A stretch of 62,854 nt of DNA, counting the filler, from Choristocarpus tenellus KU-1152 (Eukaryota; Protista; Phaeophyceae), in the NCBI GenBank assembly GCA_964200185.2. It is 10 parts of 10 records of this genome, joined end to end, with 100 filler letters (N's around TTAATTAATTAA, not from the genome) between each part and the next. Parts side by side here need not be neighbours in the genome. Positions count along the whole stretch, not along the records: positions 51,904 to 59,293 come from CAXNAD020006227.1; positions 59,394 to 62,854 come from CAXNAD020019876.1; 8 more parts are not named here. One strand, given 5' to 3'. The notes below the pieces were generated by a model, which was not told the DNA's origin, made no database searches, and saw only the letters and a list, made by a program, of their open reading frames with translations. Positions 51,967-62,854 of the stretch are shown piece by piece (the stretch's first letter is position 1; every line of letters starts with the position of its first letter). Both the position numbers and the translations under genes were made by a program.

Positions 51967-54900
51967 CTCAGAGCAAGGTGGTGTAGTCAGGCTGCCTTCA
52001 TAGTAGAAGTACGACGGGTCTGCAGGCAGCAGGTCGTACGGTGAAGCAGAAAATGGCTCTTCCGACGTCCCTGCGGTCCTGTCCCAGTATGGTTGGAGCT
52101 GTTTTTGGTTGTGGTTTTCGCATGCCACCAAGAGAGGGAGGGACAAGAACATTCACAGAAGAAGAAGAAGGGAAGAGGAATATAGCTGAGATGTTGAATA
52201 TAGCATGGAGTATAAAATTGTTTATGCAGCATGGGTGGAACAACATCAAATTCCGTGGGAAAGGAAAAGAGGTGGTATCCCCATTGTCTAAAGATGGCAA
52301 TCTCCTTCATCTGGATGCACCCTCCGCCTCCATTCCCTTCTCTGTACCACACCCCAAGAGAAAGCACAAGCAAAACGGGCAGAAACTGGGGTGTTTTCAA
52401 CACCCCACCAAGCCCAGAATGGAAGACCTGGGCTAACCCATCCCAACCCTCTAGGATAATATGGACCATCTGATCACCCCATCTTCCTAAGGTAAGTCTT
52501 TAACCCAAATCTCTCTCCTTCGACAATCCCTCAACAATATTGATAAAGTTCGAGATAGCCCTATATACTCCATCCCTTGTCTCTCACCTCCAGATTATCA
52601 CTGTAGTCCAGGGAAGAAGAAAGCAAGACCCCAACAACAAGGAGCCGACCTGAACCATCAGTATTGACGTGTACAAAGTGCATCTCTCCGTCCTCTTCCC
52701 CCCCACCGAACTATTGGGAGGTCACGGCAAGTGCGAACCAGGTGCAAGGTGAATTTTGTGGATGTTAGTGTTCGAGCTTCTATTTTCTGTCGGTACGTCT
52801 GGTGACCCAGTTCTCTTGCACGCACTTACTAGGAGTACGGGAGCTTTGACGAGTTAGGATATGGTTTCAAAGGATTGTTTGGAGTCTGACATAGTCTCAC
52901 CCCACAGTGAAAAATAACCAAGTAGTGGTGGTGCTGAGTTTGTCATCACTACCTTACATAGTGAAAACTGTGAAAAGAGACCTTCTCCTGGTGATGTCGC
53001 GTGCGTTGTTGTTCAAGTTTGGATTTGCGCACAATCAAGGCTAGGGGTTCGGGTAGAGGTCACATCCTAGACTGCAACGAGTCACATGCTGTTGCTGCTT
53101 CCACTGCTGCTGCGGGCTCTAACTCACTTGTCAGTGTGTTTCAATTGTATTCTAGTGCACTGATAGGGCAGGGTAGTATGCGGTTTGTTGGCTACCACTC
53201 CCTCACAGGCAAAGACTGTCGCTAAACGTTCATTGCTTCTTACCATCATGAGATTTTTCATCTCATCAAGGCCCAACGTATATAATACGTGGACTCACAG
53301 TGTGCTCTGATGGCGTGTGAATGTGCAGCTGCAGCAGCTCGTAGATGTCTCCATTGAAGCGGACTCTGGATGCTGTATCCTCATTTTCCAGACATGCCTC
53401 AAAATCAACCTGAGAAGCCACAAACAAGATATCGACGCCACAGGCAATGCGTTATATGAGATGTTAGTACTATCTACATATAATACACGGCAGAGCCTCC
53501 AACCTCAGAGGTATCTCTGTGTATTATCTACTTTTTTCCTGTATTCCTGTATGGTGCTGGTAGCATAACTCCAAGGCAGGGCAAATGCAGTTAATGCGCT
53601 ATGACATTGTAACGAAGATACACCTCTGCCAAGGATGAGCAGTACAAATTCTTGGCTCAACTGCAAATTACACTGTCATGCATCAGTGTTGGCGCAACAT
53701 AGCTATCTATATCTGCTCATTCATCTCGTCCCATGGTATCTCTTCAGGTCGAGACAATTCAGGCAGGCATGCAGAGCTTTTGTTCATGGTGGGGTACCTC
53801 CCAATTATGGTCCGACTGCAGGTATACGTGATCCGTCGAGGAGCAGGTGTTGGATGAGAAGGCCAGGCCGAATTTGTTCATCTGGAAAGGGGGTGTGAGG
53901 TTCACAAGTCGTTGTTGGTAAAATACTACTCTGTACTGGAGGGAATATCAATGGTCAAGCAAGCAAGCAATGTGAAAATGCGGAATGCAGGGGACTGTAA
54001 AGACGAAGTTCAGGAGATAGGCGCTAGTGACGACCAAGGACTTCAATATCTCCAAATAACATTTTGTGAAATCATAGGAAAAATAGTAGGAAGTAGCAGG
54101 CACGGTCCACTCGTTAGAAAACGTCGTAGCTAGTTTGTACTGTACATCAGAAAGCGGTACGAAGCTTGGTGATGCGAGGAGCTGCTGTTCTTTCGACAGA
54201 AATGCGAGAAGACACTGTCCCACTTTGATCTATGGCGAGATTGCTCTAGCACATGCTCACTTGAACAGGTGTAATGTGAGAGGCCGACAGATTGATGGGG
54301 CTCTGACTGTCACCGTTGCAATCCTCGTAATCCAGGTGCCAGCTCCTGTTCATTTCGAAGCATGGGCGATCTTGTTGGTCAGTGGGTGTCACGGTATCTA
54401 AATTGTTGTTGCGGTTGCTCTTTGGAGTCCACAGCAAATCCCATTAATAACATGTGCTCACTCCACCATGTAAGCAGTGGATATATCAAGCAGTCGTATC
54501 AACGGCAGGCCAACAATCCTTTGTATTCCCAACAAGTTCTTCGTGTTCGGGTGTACCCACCAGTAGGTCCACAGGACCAAGTATGCATTGGAGAGCTTGG
54601 ATTCGTTTCTGGTTCTAGTCACAGGGAGGTGGGGGTCAATATGTCTCCAATCGAAAATTAAACAAGCTCGGCTTATCTAGTGGTGGAAATAATTGCAGAC
54701 ACACACTTTTAGGGGTCTGCATGTCCCGATCACGAGTCAACTACCGACCAGAACTCCGCTCGAATTTATGTTCTGGAGACGCGTTGAAGGCATTGCTCAC
54801 ACCCATTCCTTGGTCCTGTGTCTGGGTGTACCACACTTCGTGGAAGGAGTCACACTTACCTGGGTTGCAATGGAACCGCGGTGTCGTCCTCTCCCGTTTC

Positions 54901-55038
54901 CCTGTACGTCCACGCTGTGTCACCAGAGAGTTGCCGCTGGAAGAGGGCAGTGTTGCCACTCCCGTTCTCGGCATCTGCTGAAATCGCGAGTCCAAGAGCG
55001 ACAACGAAGCTGGCACAGACATAGAAGGATGACTTCAT
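51967..55038 (-). CDS. alpha-carbonic anhydrase with predicted signal peptide, 3' partial
   Basis: Exons 54860-55038 (MKSSFYVCASFVVALGLAISA...WTY), 54261-54345 (W...CNGDSQSPINL), 53798-53881, 53299-53409 (LLQLHIHTPSEHT), 52588-52710 (EMHFVH...LLVVGVL) and 51967-52098 (YFYYEGSLTTPPCSE). All three Zn-ligand His are present and the phases agree. Confidence 0.93.
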
Positions 55039-55771
55039 GGCAATGCCGGAGGTAGGTGGAAGGATAACAGAAGGGTAGGTTGAGTGAGTGAGGAAGGAGG
55101 TGGAGAGTTTTTTCCGTTAAACGGTGCAGGTGGTGGTGTGAAGGGTCACGCTCTGAACGGATGAGTGAGTTGTGTAGCAAGTCAAGGATACCCACGGAGA
55201 CTCATTGGGCAGGTTTAGGAATGAATTACTTGCGAAATCTACAGATTGATGTACGTCGATGTAGTGTTACAAAAATGTTGCAACAGTTATTTTATGCAAT
55301 GGGTGCAGCAATGTACAGGAACATAGACTGCAATGACAGAACCTTCCTTACTTACCTCAGCTTCAAATTGGGTATGGACGTTAGATATTATTTGACCAAT
55401 ACAAAGAAAATAGTAACAAATCGCATGTATTGGGGTGTAGTTTTCTTTGAGTTGTTGGAAGAAATTTCTTTGAACTGTGATCCTTGTTGTCCGACTAACT
55501 ACATTATATTATATTTCACATAATTGGAAAATGTTAAGAGGGCATACTAATATAATATATTGCGTTACCTTTTGGGATGGGTTTCTGATATGTGAACAGT
55601 TTTCGGTGGTTTTTTCCCTAACACATCTGTAAGATGTTAGACAACATAATAAAAATAATATAAATATATGTAAAATCAATAATATTATGGTGTTATTTTA
55701 CGTTTTGAAAACAAACACAACATATCTGCACTCTGTTTTGTGATACAAAAAAAAACAATATTATGAATCCA

Positions 55772-56148
55772 GTGATTCTGTGACCTGGTTCACTCAGGCA
55801 AGGGTGGTGAAGAGAATCAGCGGGCATGACGGACCAGACGAACGAAGACGAACCGTAACCGAGAGGACAAGGTTATGGTTGGACAAATGCAAGACTGAAA
55901 GGACTTGTAGGGAAAAGTGGGGAACTGAAGGGAAGTGGGGAGGATCACGATTCGGATGGGTTTCAGAAAAGAAAACCTTCAGAGATGGGCGATCTGTGTT
56001 CAGAAAAACGTACTCATCAAGAGACGTCACCGGAAGACACAGAAAATCTATCCCTCCGAATATCATTCACACAGTTCAACCGAAACTCCTAAGAAAACAA
56101 ACTCAATCGGTATAACAGTATATGGCATACGGCAGTAACGGTATAACA
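55772..56148 (+). repeat. dispersed LTR-like repeat
   Basis: The first ~55 bp match 14130-14188. The right boundary is a guess. Confidence 0.45.
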
Positions 56149-57194
56149 GACAAACCTGCTTTCCACATCACCCTCCTTTCTGATCAGCCTTGAAGCCATG
56201 TAAACATGATTCAAGGTCAACCAAAGAGTGACCTCTGGGAGCAAAATGGGAAACGTGTGTGACTGTTAGTATACTATTGTGCCATTTTATTACACGACTC
56301 AATCAACAAAATGGAGTGTAATATATATGAACCAGGCACTAGTGAATATCTGACCAGGATATCATTAGCCTAAGGTTGATGGTATGTGGTCAGCATACCA
56401 ATCAAGTTTACAATATGAGAGTATGGGATCTGCAATTCAATCAGCCTAAAGACGAGGCAAGAGATATATGTGGCCAGCACATACGTCTCCTGTATCTTGT
56501 ATAAAAGGATACTCAGAATGGGGATACGATGAGTAAACGCTATACTATGTCAATAGACGGTTTAATTAGCGTTTGTGATCTGACATTGCTATGTGAGTGT
56601 CATACGATGATTTTGACCACCACTCCGATGCGTGAAAACAACATAGCATGTTACATGATCAATATCAACACAGCAGACGACGAGATCAAATGTGTGCACG
56701 CATTCTCCTTTCTCAAATTCGGACCACGATTGGAATATTGCTCACGATGACTACAATGTTCCAAGTGGACAACTCGGACGTACGATGTTGGTGGTTCAAC
56801 TCTCCAAAACGATACGAGGTGACTGTACAGTCATTACATCATGTCGGGGGGATTCATGCCACTCGAAAAATAATATAAAATAAATATGACTTACCTAACA
56901 TCTCCATCTCTTTCCTAGTCGTAGACTTGAATCTTTGTTTTCAATGGGGTTAGTCATTAGATGATGATCAATAAATCCATTTCATGAAAACGTGACATGC
57001 TGTAATGAATAGCCACCTTTAGTACACAGGTGCTAATATGCATGTGCCTGGTGATACGGTCTCTTCACCACCGCATGTGTCCACTCGTGCAAATAGGAGA
57101 GTTGAAAGAAGATACATTAATTGTGTTATTGATTTATCTAAATGCCACCAACATATATGTAAAGTCTATTTGCAAGGATTGATAAACCTGGTAA

Positions 57195-57445
57195 GAGTGA
57201 AAGTATCTTAGAGGTACGAGTTTTGCCCTGTTTGTCCATTTTGGGCTTGGCTTCCCACGGGTTTTTCAATGAATTTTCCTACTCCAAAATGTTTCGGAGT
57301 AGGTAAAATGTACACCTTATGAAACGGTGTGTCCGGAACAAGCATATTTACACTTCCTAACAAACACGATAGCCAAAATTATATCAAAATCGCAACATTG
57401 GATTTTTGCCCCCAAACGGACACGGCTCTACCCTCTAAGTTACTA
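57195..57445 (+). mobile_element. MITE copy with a degenerate right TIR
   Basis: gagtgaaagtatcttagaggta...ctaccctctaag. Confidence 0.88.
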
Positions 57446-58446
57446 ACGGCTTAAACACGAGATGTTGTCAGAGCTAGCCGTGAATAGGTTAACTGAAATC
57501 TGCTACCAGTTATCCAATTTCCTCAGAAAGCGATAGACTATATCCATCCATGACAATATGATACATAAACGACTTATCTAAATTAGATAGTCAACACATG
57601 TTAAGGATTATGATATATGGATACCACAAGATCCAGCCAAGACACGCAAGACATGAAAAACACACAAACAAACGAACAAAAAAAATGGCAAGGATTTGTA
57701 CCGCACATATATACAATAATCTCTTTGCTGAAACAATAGGTTTAAATATTACAGCAATGCATGATATACACCTGGGGGGGAACAAATCTCGCACACCTGC
57801 CCCGAAGGTCCATATTCTGACAGTCCATGACGCCAGGATCACAAGGAGGGCTCAACATGAGATCACTCACCTCCTAAAAAAGATCCATTTTGACTCCTTC
57901 CGGACGTTATTAGCTTAGCTTACCAAATGAAGTGGAACAGGGGAAGGAAAGCTCCTCACTAGCCCTAGTGTTACAGCGTGCTCCCCAGAACTCACCTCCA
58001 CAGGATGCACAACTCAAATCCAACGACCTTAAAACGACGCTATGGGAACGTTGCCCTTGATAACCGTTTGTAGGGTGTCAGGCATCCCTCTCTCTTTGTA
58101 TTCCACTCAGTGCTTAGCTAAAAGCTCCACTCAAAGTTTCGTTCAAGACAAAAGACTGGTAAGAGAGGTAAAAGTGTTTTCACTAAAAGCCCTCTTATTA
58201 TTTCATCATCCACCCAATTTCTTTGGTCTTCTATGCAACTGCTCTACACGTACTCCAATCATAAACCTTTATTCTACAAGTTCTTAAGGGCGTTGACATA
58301 TTCTTCTGTAATGTTACGTATGCATTCCGAATCTTACTGTATCTTCTACGAAATCACCATTTATTCTGTAAGGCTACCTATGTGTTACTAATCTCGTATC
58401 TTGTTTGAATTTTTTAGCACGCGAGAAACAATCCTCGCACTATATG

Positions 58447-58500
58447 GGGCCAAAGTATCTGGGGGGGGGGGTTGCACTGGGACTTCCAAATGGGCCCTCC
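58447..58500. mobile_element. terminus of a G-run TIR family variant
   Basis: gggccaaagtatct(G)n. Another terminus lies at 59263-59293. Confidence 0.55.
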
Positions 58501-59293
58501 TATAAGTGCTGGAAATTGTATGAATATTTTGTTAAAAACGCATAAATGGAGTGTCTGGTTGGTCTTTTTTGGGTGGAATATTGCATAGTCTGCATCTAGT
58601 GTATGTACTTGGAGCTTCGGATGTTCAAAAAATGACCTTTTTGGAGGTCAATTTCTGTGGTGGGGTGTTTGGTTTGTCAGTGTATTGTGGAGTGTGGATT
58701 GGGTTGGATCATCTCTTGTGGCTTCATCGCCTTGCTGAAGTGGGATTAGTGTCGATTGAGGTGGGGATTTAGGGATTGCCATTTCCAGCGTTAAGCAAAA
58801 TGTGATTGTCAATTGATGGAGATGGCAGCGTCAATTGAGGAGGGGGTAAGAAGGGATAAGAAATTTGTGCGAATTCTATGTAAGTTAAGGGGGTGCGAGG
58901 GGATGAGTTGGCGACAGGTGTAATTACGCGACATTTGTGTATTTTGGAGGTACGTCAATTATGTCCTTTGTGGAGTGGGCATGTGATATATATCAATGTC
59001 GAAAAAGCGTGTTACGTGGGAGAGATGGAAATGCGGGATCCTTGATTGTTGTCTTCGTCTGTAAAGGGTTGAAGGAGGAACGCCGCATATGAAAGACCAC
59101 GCTAGAAGGGGGATGCGACAAGTTCTTTGCTGCGGTGATGTGTATTGTTATTTGCGATGTGGCAATATATCTGCTTTTCCTAGGAAACACACAGAGTAGA
59201 ACTAAATCCAAGTTTCCGATGTAAAAACTCAATACACATATATTTGTAACTTCTGTACATGTGACCCAAAGTATCTGGGAGGGGGGGGGGGTC

Positions 59294-59393
59294 NNNNNNN
59301 NNNNNNNNNNNNNNNNNNNNNNNNNNNNNNNNNNNNNTTAATTAATTAANNNNNNNNNNNNNNNNNNNNNNNNNNNNNNNNNNNNNNNNNNNN
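59294..59393. other. artificial contig linker
   Basis: N44-TTAATTAATTAA-N44. Confidence 0.98.
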
Positions 59394-59788
59394 TTTGAAA
59401 TGTCAGCAAAAAAAAGAGTTATTTGACAGAAACGAATGCCCCCTCACAAACCACCCCCCCCTCCCCCCAGATAATTCGACCCACATGTTAAGGATTCTAG
59501 TAGTAGCAAGGTTGGGGGGCGAACGCATCCCTGTTGGCTCAACACATGAAAAAATGATACATCCCTATTGATCTATTATTGAGAAGAAAAAAAGAAAAAT
59601 ATTCCACCCGTTGGATATCTCATTGTCATACTTCTCGACATGACCCAAAGTGTGTCGTGTGTATGGTGTGTGTGGGTACAGTGATTTCATACAGATATCA
59701 TCAAATAGTGTCCGAGGGTCGGCGAGAGAGCTTGGAAGGCCAGTACAGTACATGCAGTGCAGCCCATGAATCCAAATGCTACACACAC

Positions 59789-62482
59789 CTCAGCCGTGCC
59801 CGCAAGGAGGAAGTAAATGCCCTTGCTGCCATCAGAAGGAGTGTACATGTAGTTGCCAGCAATGCAAAAGAAAGGGCACATGCATCGCAGGATGTAGGCA
59901 ATGTGGTTTGGATCCAGTCGCCTGAAAATAGCGATATTTTTCAACACATCCTGCGTGCATGAAGGCGGGTTTGTATTTTGTTGGAAACATTGCGCTGGTG
60001 CACATGGGAGGCAAGGGCCCACCGTGCTGCGGAGGATGTAATCCTTGAAAGGCAAGAGGGGCTTGAAGGCAATCGCGGCCAATCTGTTGGGGAAAGCACT
60101 TCGAACATGTTCAAGGCTGGTTGGCGGCATCTATGAGAGGAGTAGGATGCCATTTTTCGATTTGATGCTTTCCACTGGGAAAGGAAGGTGGGCTGAGAGA
60201 GACCTGGGAAAAACAGGTGAAAGTGCTACAGAATATTAGTGGCAAGGTTCAAGCTTGAAGAATAGAGTACACATGTAGGATGTTTTTGGGTGATTGTGAC
60301 TATCTAGTTTCTCTAAAGAGATGATGGAAGAACTGACCTTATGACTCTGTAGGATGGTCTCTTGTCGTAGGCTGGGTGGCATGAGAGCGTGCAGGCGTTC
60401 CTCATTGAAGGAAGTCTTCTTGCTGAGGTAGTATTCTACATGTTTTTTCACCGCCTAAAGGGACATAGAGAGAGGTGGGGGGGGGGATACACTGTTAGGG
60501 TCTTGGGAGTGATTTGAACATAGGGTGTCGAGGAGTTTGGAATGCAACTCATTAGGTTGGGTTGGTCTATCCGTGGCAGCTTCATCCCACTCCTTCTTCA
60601 TTGTGAAAAGTAGTGACAAAGGGGTAGCACATGTAAGATAACAAAGTAAGGGCAACACCACTTATGTGTTCCACTATCATATCTGTACGGAAATCGTGTA
60701 TCCTCCAATGTCAATATTGTATAGATCACAATGTAATTTGTTTGAGACTACCACTAGAGCTCACGCAGGAAATCGACTCTCAGAGGTGATGTAGAGTGCA
60801 CGAGTTGCTAGGGCATCAATCCAATCACAAGACGACCTACTCCAATGACGAAACCACATGCTCGAAAAATCAATTTAAATTTGAACAGATATTTTCAATG
60901 GTGAACTCAAGAAAGACACTGCAAGTTTTGTGGTTGTACCAATGTGATTGAGAGTTTCATCACTTGGAATATTTTTTTCTATTTTTTTCTATTTTTATAG
61001 AAGTTTGTCCAGGTAAATGTTCACACAGGAAGGTATGATCAATTGAGCACATTGGGCAAAATGAACTACTCTATGTACTGATCCCTTCAAAAGCAACTGC
61101 CCAGGGATCATGCATCCAAAATCGCATATATTACTTGGTCAAATCTGCATTGTAATCTGCGGTGTACGTGTGTGTACTACACTGTCTAAAAACAAAAAAA
61201 GGAAAAGCGTGGATATCATGTATTGCTTTTTTCCTGATGGTATGTGTACGTATGATGGACAACTTTCTGATACCAGATTGTGCCAAGAAGATGTTAATAT
61301 TTGTGGTGAAAGTATATAATTATGCATGTGCAAGACCCAAAGCATTTAAGAGGGTAGGCCCACGTCCATTGGGGTCATAAATCCAATATTGCGATATTGA
61401 TGAATTTCGACTATCGTGTTTGTTAGCAAGTGTCAATATCCTTGCTCTGGGCACACCTTTCATAGTCCTATATATTTTAGGGTTAGGGTTAGTGTTCACA
61501 AAGAAAACCGAAAAATGGAATAAAAAACCTATTGGAAACCGAGCCCTGAACGGACAAACAGGGCAAAACTCCTACCCTCTTAAACGCTTTCGGTCCAAGG
61601 GTGTGGTCTTAATGAAGTAGATAACCTGTCGTAGCTTGGCCTGTATCTTCTTCTCGTCAAGGTAGTTGGCAACTGCAAGGACCTTTTCTGTCTCCTTGGC
61701 CTGGCTGCCGTTGGGGTTGCTGGCCAATGCGCTCACACTTCCTACGATATACCCGAAGACAGTGGCACCTATGACCATGATGACGGTTGCATAAGCACGC
61801 TCACTGTCTACCACAGGGACTATGTCACCGTACCTGTAAACGGTTCCACAACGTTGCAGTAATGGTGAGGGTTAGGGTTAGAATAGTGTGTGTGCTAGTT
61901 TGTATCTTGAAGTACTCAAGGCGAGGCAGCGTATAACTGTATAGAACGGGAAACACCGAAGGCTGGCGCTTGTTGAGGACACATCGATGAGCAGCTCAAT
62001 TGAAGTCTTGGGTGGGTGTGGTAGGATGGGAAAATAAGAACGAGCATCACCGCATCATCAGCAGTGAAGAAGAAAGAGCACGTGATCTCTTCCGCCTGAC
62101 AGGGAATGAATTGGAAGGCATCACATTCCGCAAAATTTGTGTATTTATTATTATAATGTACTTGGAGTGAGAGGAAAAAAACAGACGCGCGAATGCTGCG
62201 GGATGAAAGTATGGACAAAATGTTTTGGAGGGTTTCTTACCCCACGGTGGTCATTGTTGTGAAGGCCCAGTAGATGGATGCGATGTATCGCCCTGAGATG
62301 TTCTCTTCAACGATCCCCAAATACTTCCACCAAGTCAATCCTGTGCCTTCTGAGTTGCTGCCTTCCTTGACAATGCTGTCTGCATTGTGTAGACTGACAA
62401 AGCTCCAGAAACACCCAAATAGGTGGCCAAGAAAAGCCAGGGTTAGTAGCAGCTTCACTGCTCGGATGAGGACTGTGTTGAG
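59789..62482 (-). CDS. voltage-gated K+ channel with cyclic-nucleotide-binding-like domain (KCNH/HCN/CNG superfamily), partial
   Basis: Exons 62241-62482 (S5 HLFGCFW; pore YIASIYWAFTTMTTVG), 61626-61833 (YGDIVP, S6 GATVFGYIVG), 60338-60454 (C-linker MPPSLRQE) and 59789-59950 (CNBD start GNYMY...GIYFLLAGTAE). Confidence 0.92.
61334..61595 (-). mobile_element. MITE copy, subfamily B, with an internal telomeric insertion
   Basis: TIRs gacccaaagcatttaagagggtagg / cctaccctcttaaacgctttcggtc, flanked by caa on both sides. Confidence 0.85.
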
Positions 62483-62795
62483 CTGGGGTAGCAGGACGTT
62501 CAAAGAGAAGGGGAACATGAAAGCAGCAAGTGACAAAGATGGGTGATTAGGTCAGACAAGTTACTAGCAACTTCCAGTTTTTCAGATGTTCGGTAATGAG
62601 ATGTAAACCATGTGGAACAGACCCATCCCATTAAAGGGAGCTCGCCGAGTTCATTGCCATATCACGAGGAGTCTGTACCATCACCAGTTCCTCCTGTTTT
62701 GCACGTACAGGGCTCTGTATACATACTCAACTGTAGATATCTTTGTAGAAAAAAAAAGTGTTGTATGGGGGTCGATTCTCTTGAGAGGGAAGTCA

Positions 62796-62854
62796 GGGTC
62801 AAAGTATCTGGGGGGGGGGGGTCGGCGTCCGTTTTTCACCCTTTTTTCGATTTT
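62796..62854. mobile_element. terminus of the G-run TIR element family
   Basis: gggtcaaagtatct(G)n tcggcgtccgtttttcaccc. Confidence 0.8.

Noticed and set aside
33754-62482. Functional cluster of argA, ferlin, carbonic anhydrase and K+ channel
   Set aside because: The genes lie on different contigs joined artificially, so adjacency carries no information.

Overview
This window is eukaryotic and is not one locus. It holds ten short draft contigs joined by artificial 100-nt linkers (44 N + TTAATTAATTAA + 44 N), so genes on different contigs have no biological adjacency. The spliced genes I can reconstruct by eye are a FAR1/MULE-type zinc-ribbon protein that seems to lack its transposase core, a jouberin/AHI1-like ciliary protein, an EF-hand protein, the GNAT end of N-acetylglutamate synthase (argA), a ferlin, a large Gly-rich GGGxGGS-repeat protein, a secreted alpha-carbonic anhydrase and a GYGD/cNMP-domain K+ channel. 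Intron-rich genes, TTAGGG repeats and this gene set suggest a flagellated stramenopile, possibly a brown alga (inference only). The non-coding part is dominated by a ~255-bp MITE (10 copies), a sister G-run TIR family at most contig ends, a dead plant-type mariner, several intronic minisatellites and many short interstitial (TTAGGG)n tracts. The clearest unusual signal is a MITE copy in which telomeric repeats appear to have been added at a TTAGG seed relative to its paralogue, as expected from telomerase-assisted break repair. I found no CRISPR array and no prokaryote-type system. All protein calls are motif recognition from memory, not database searches.
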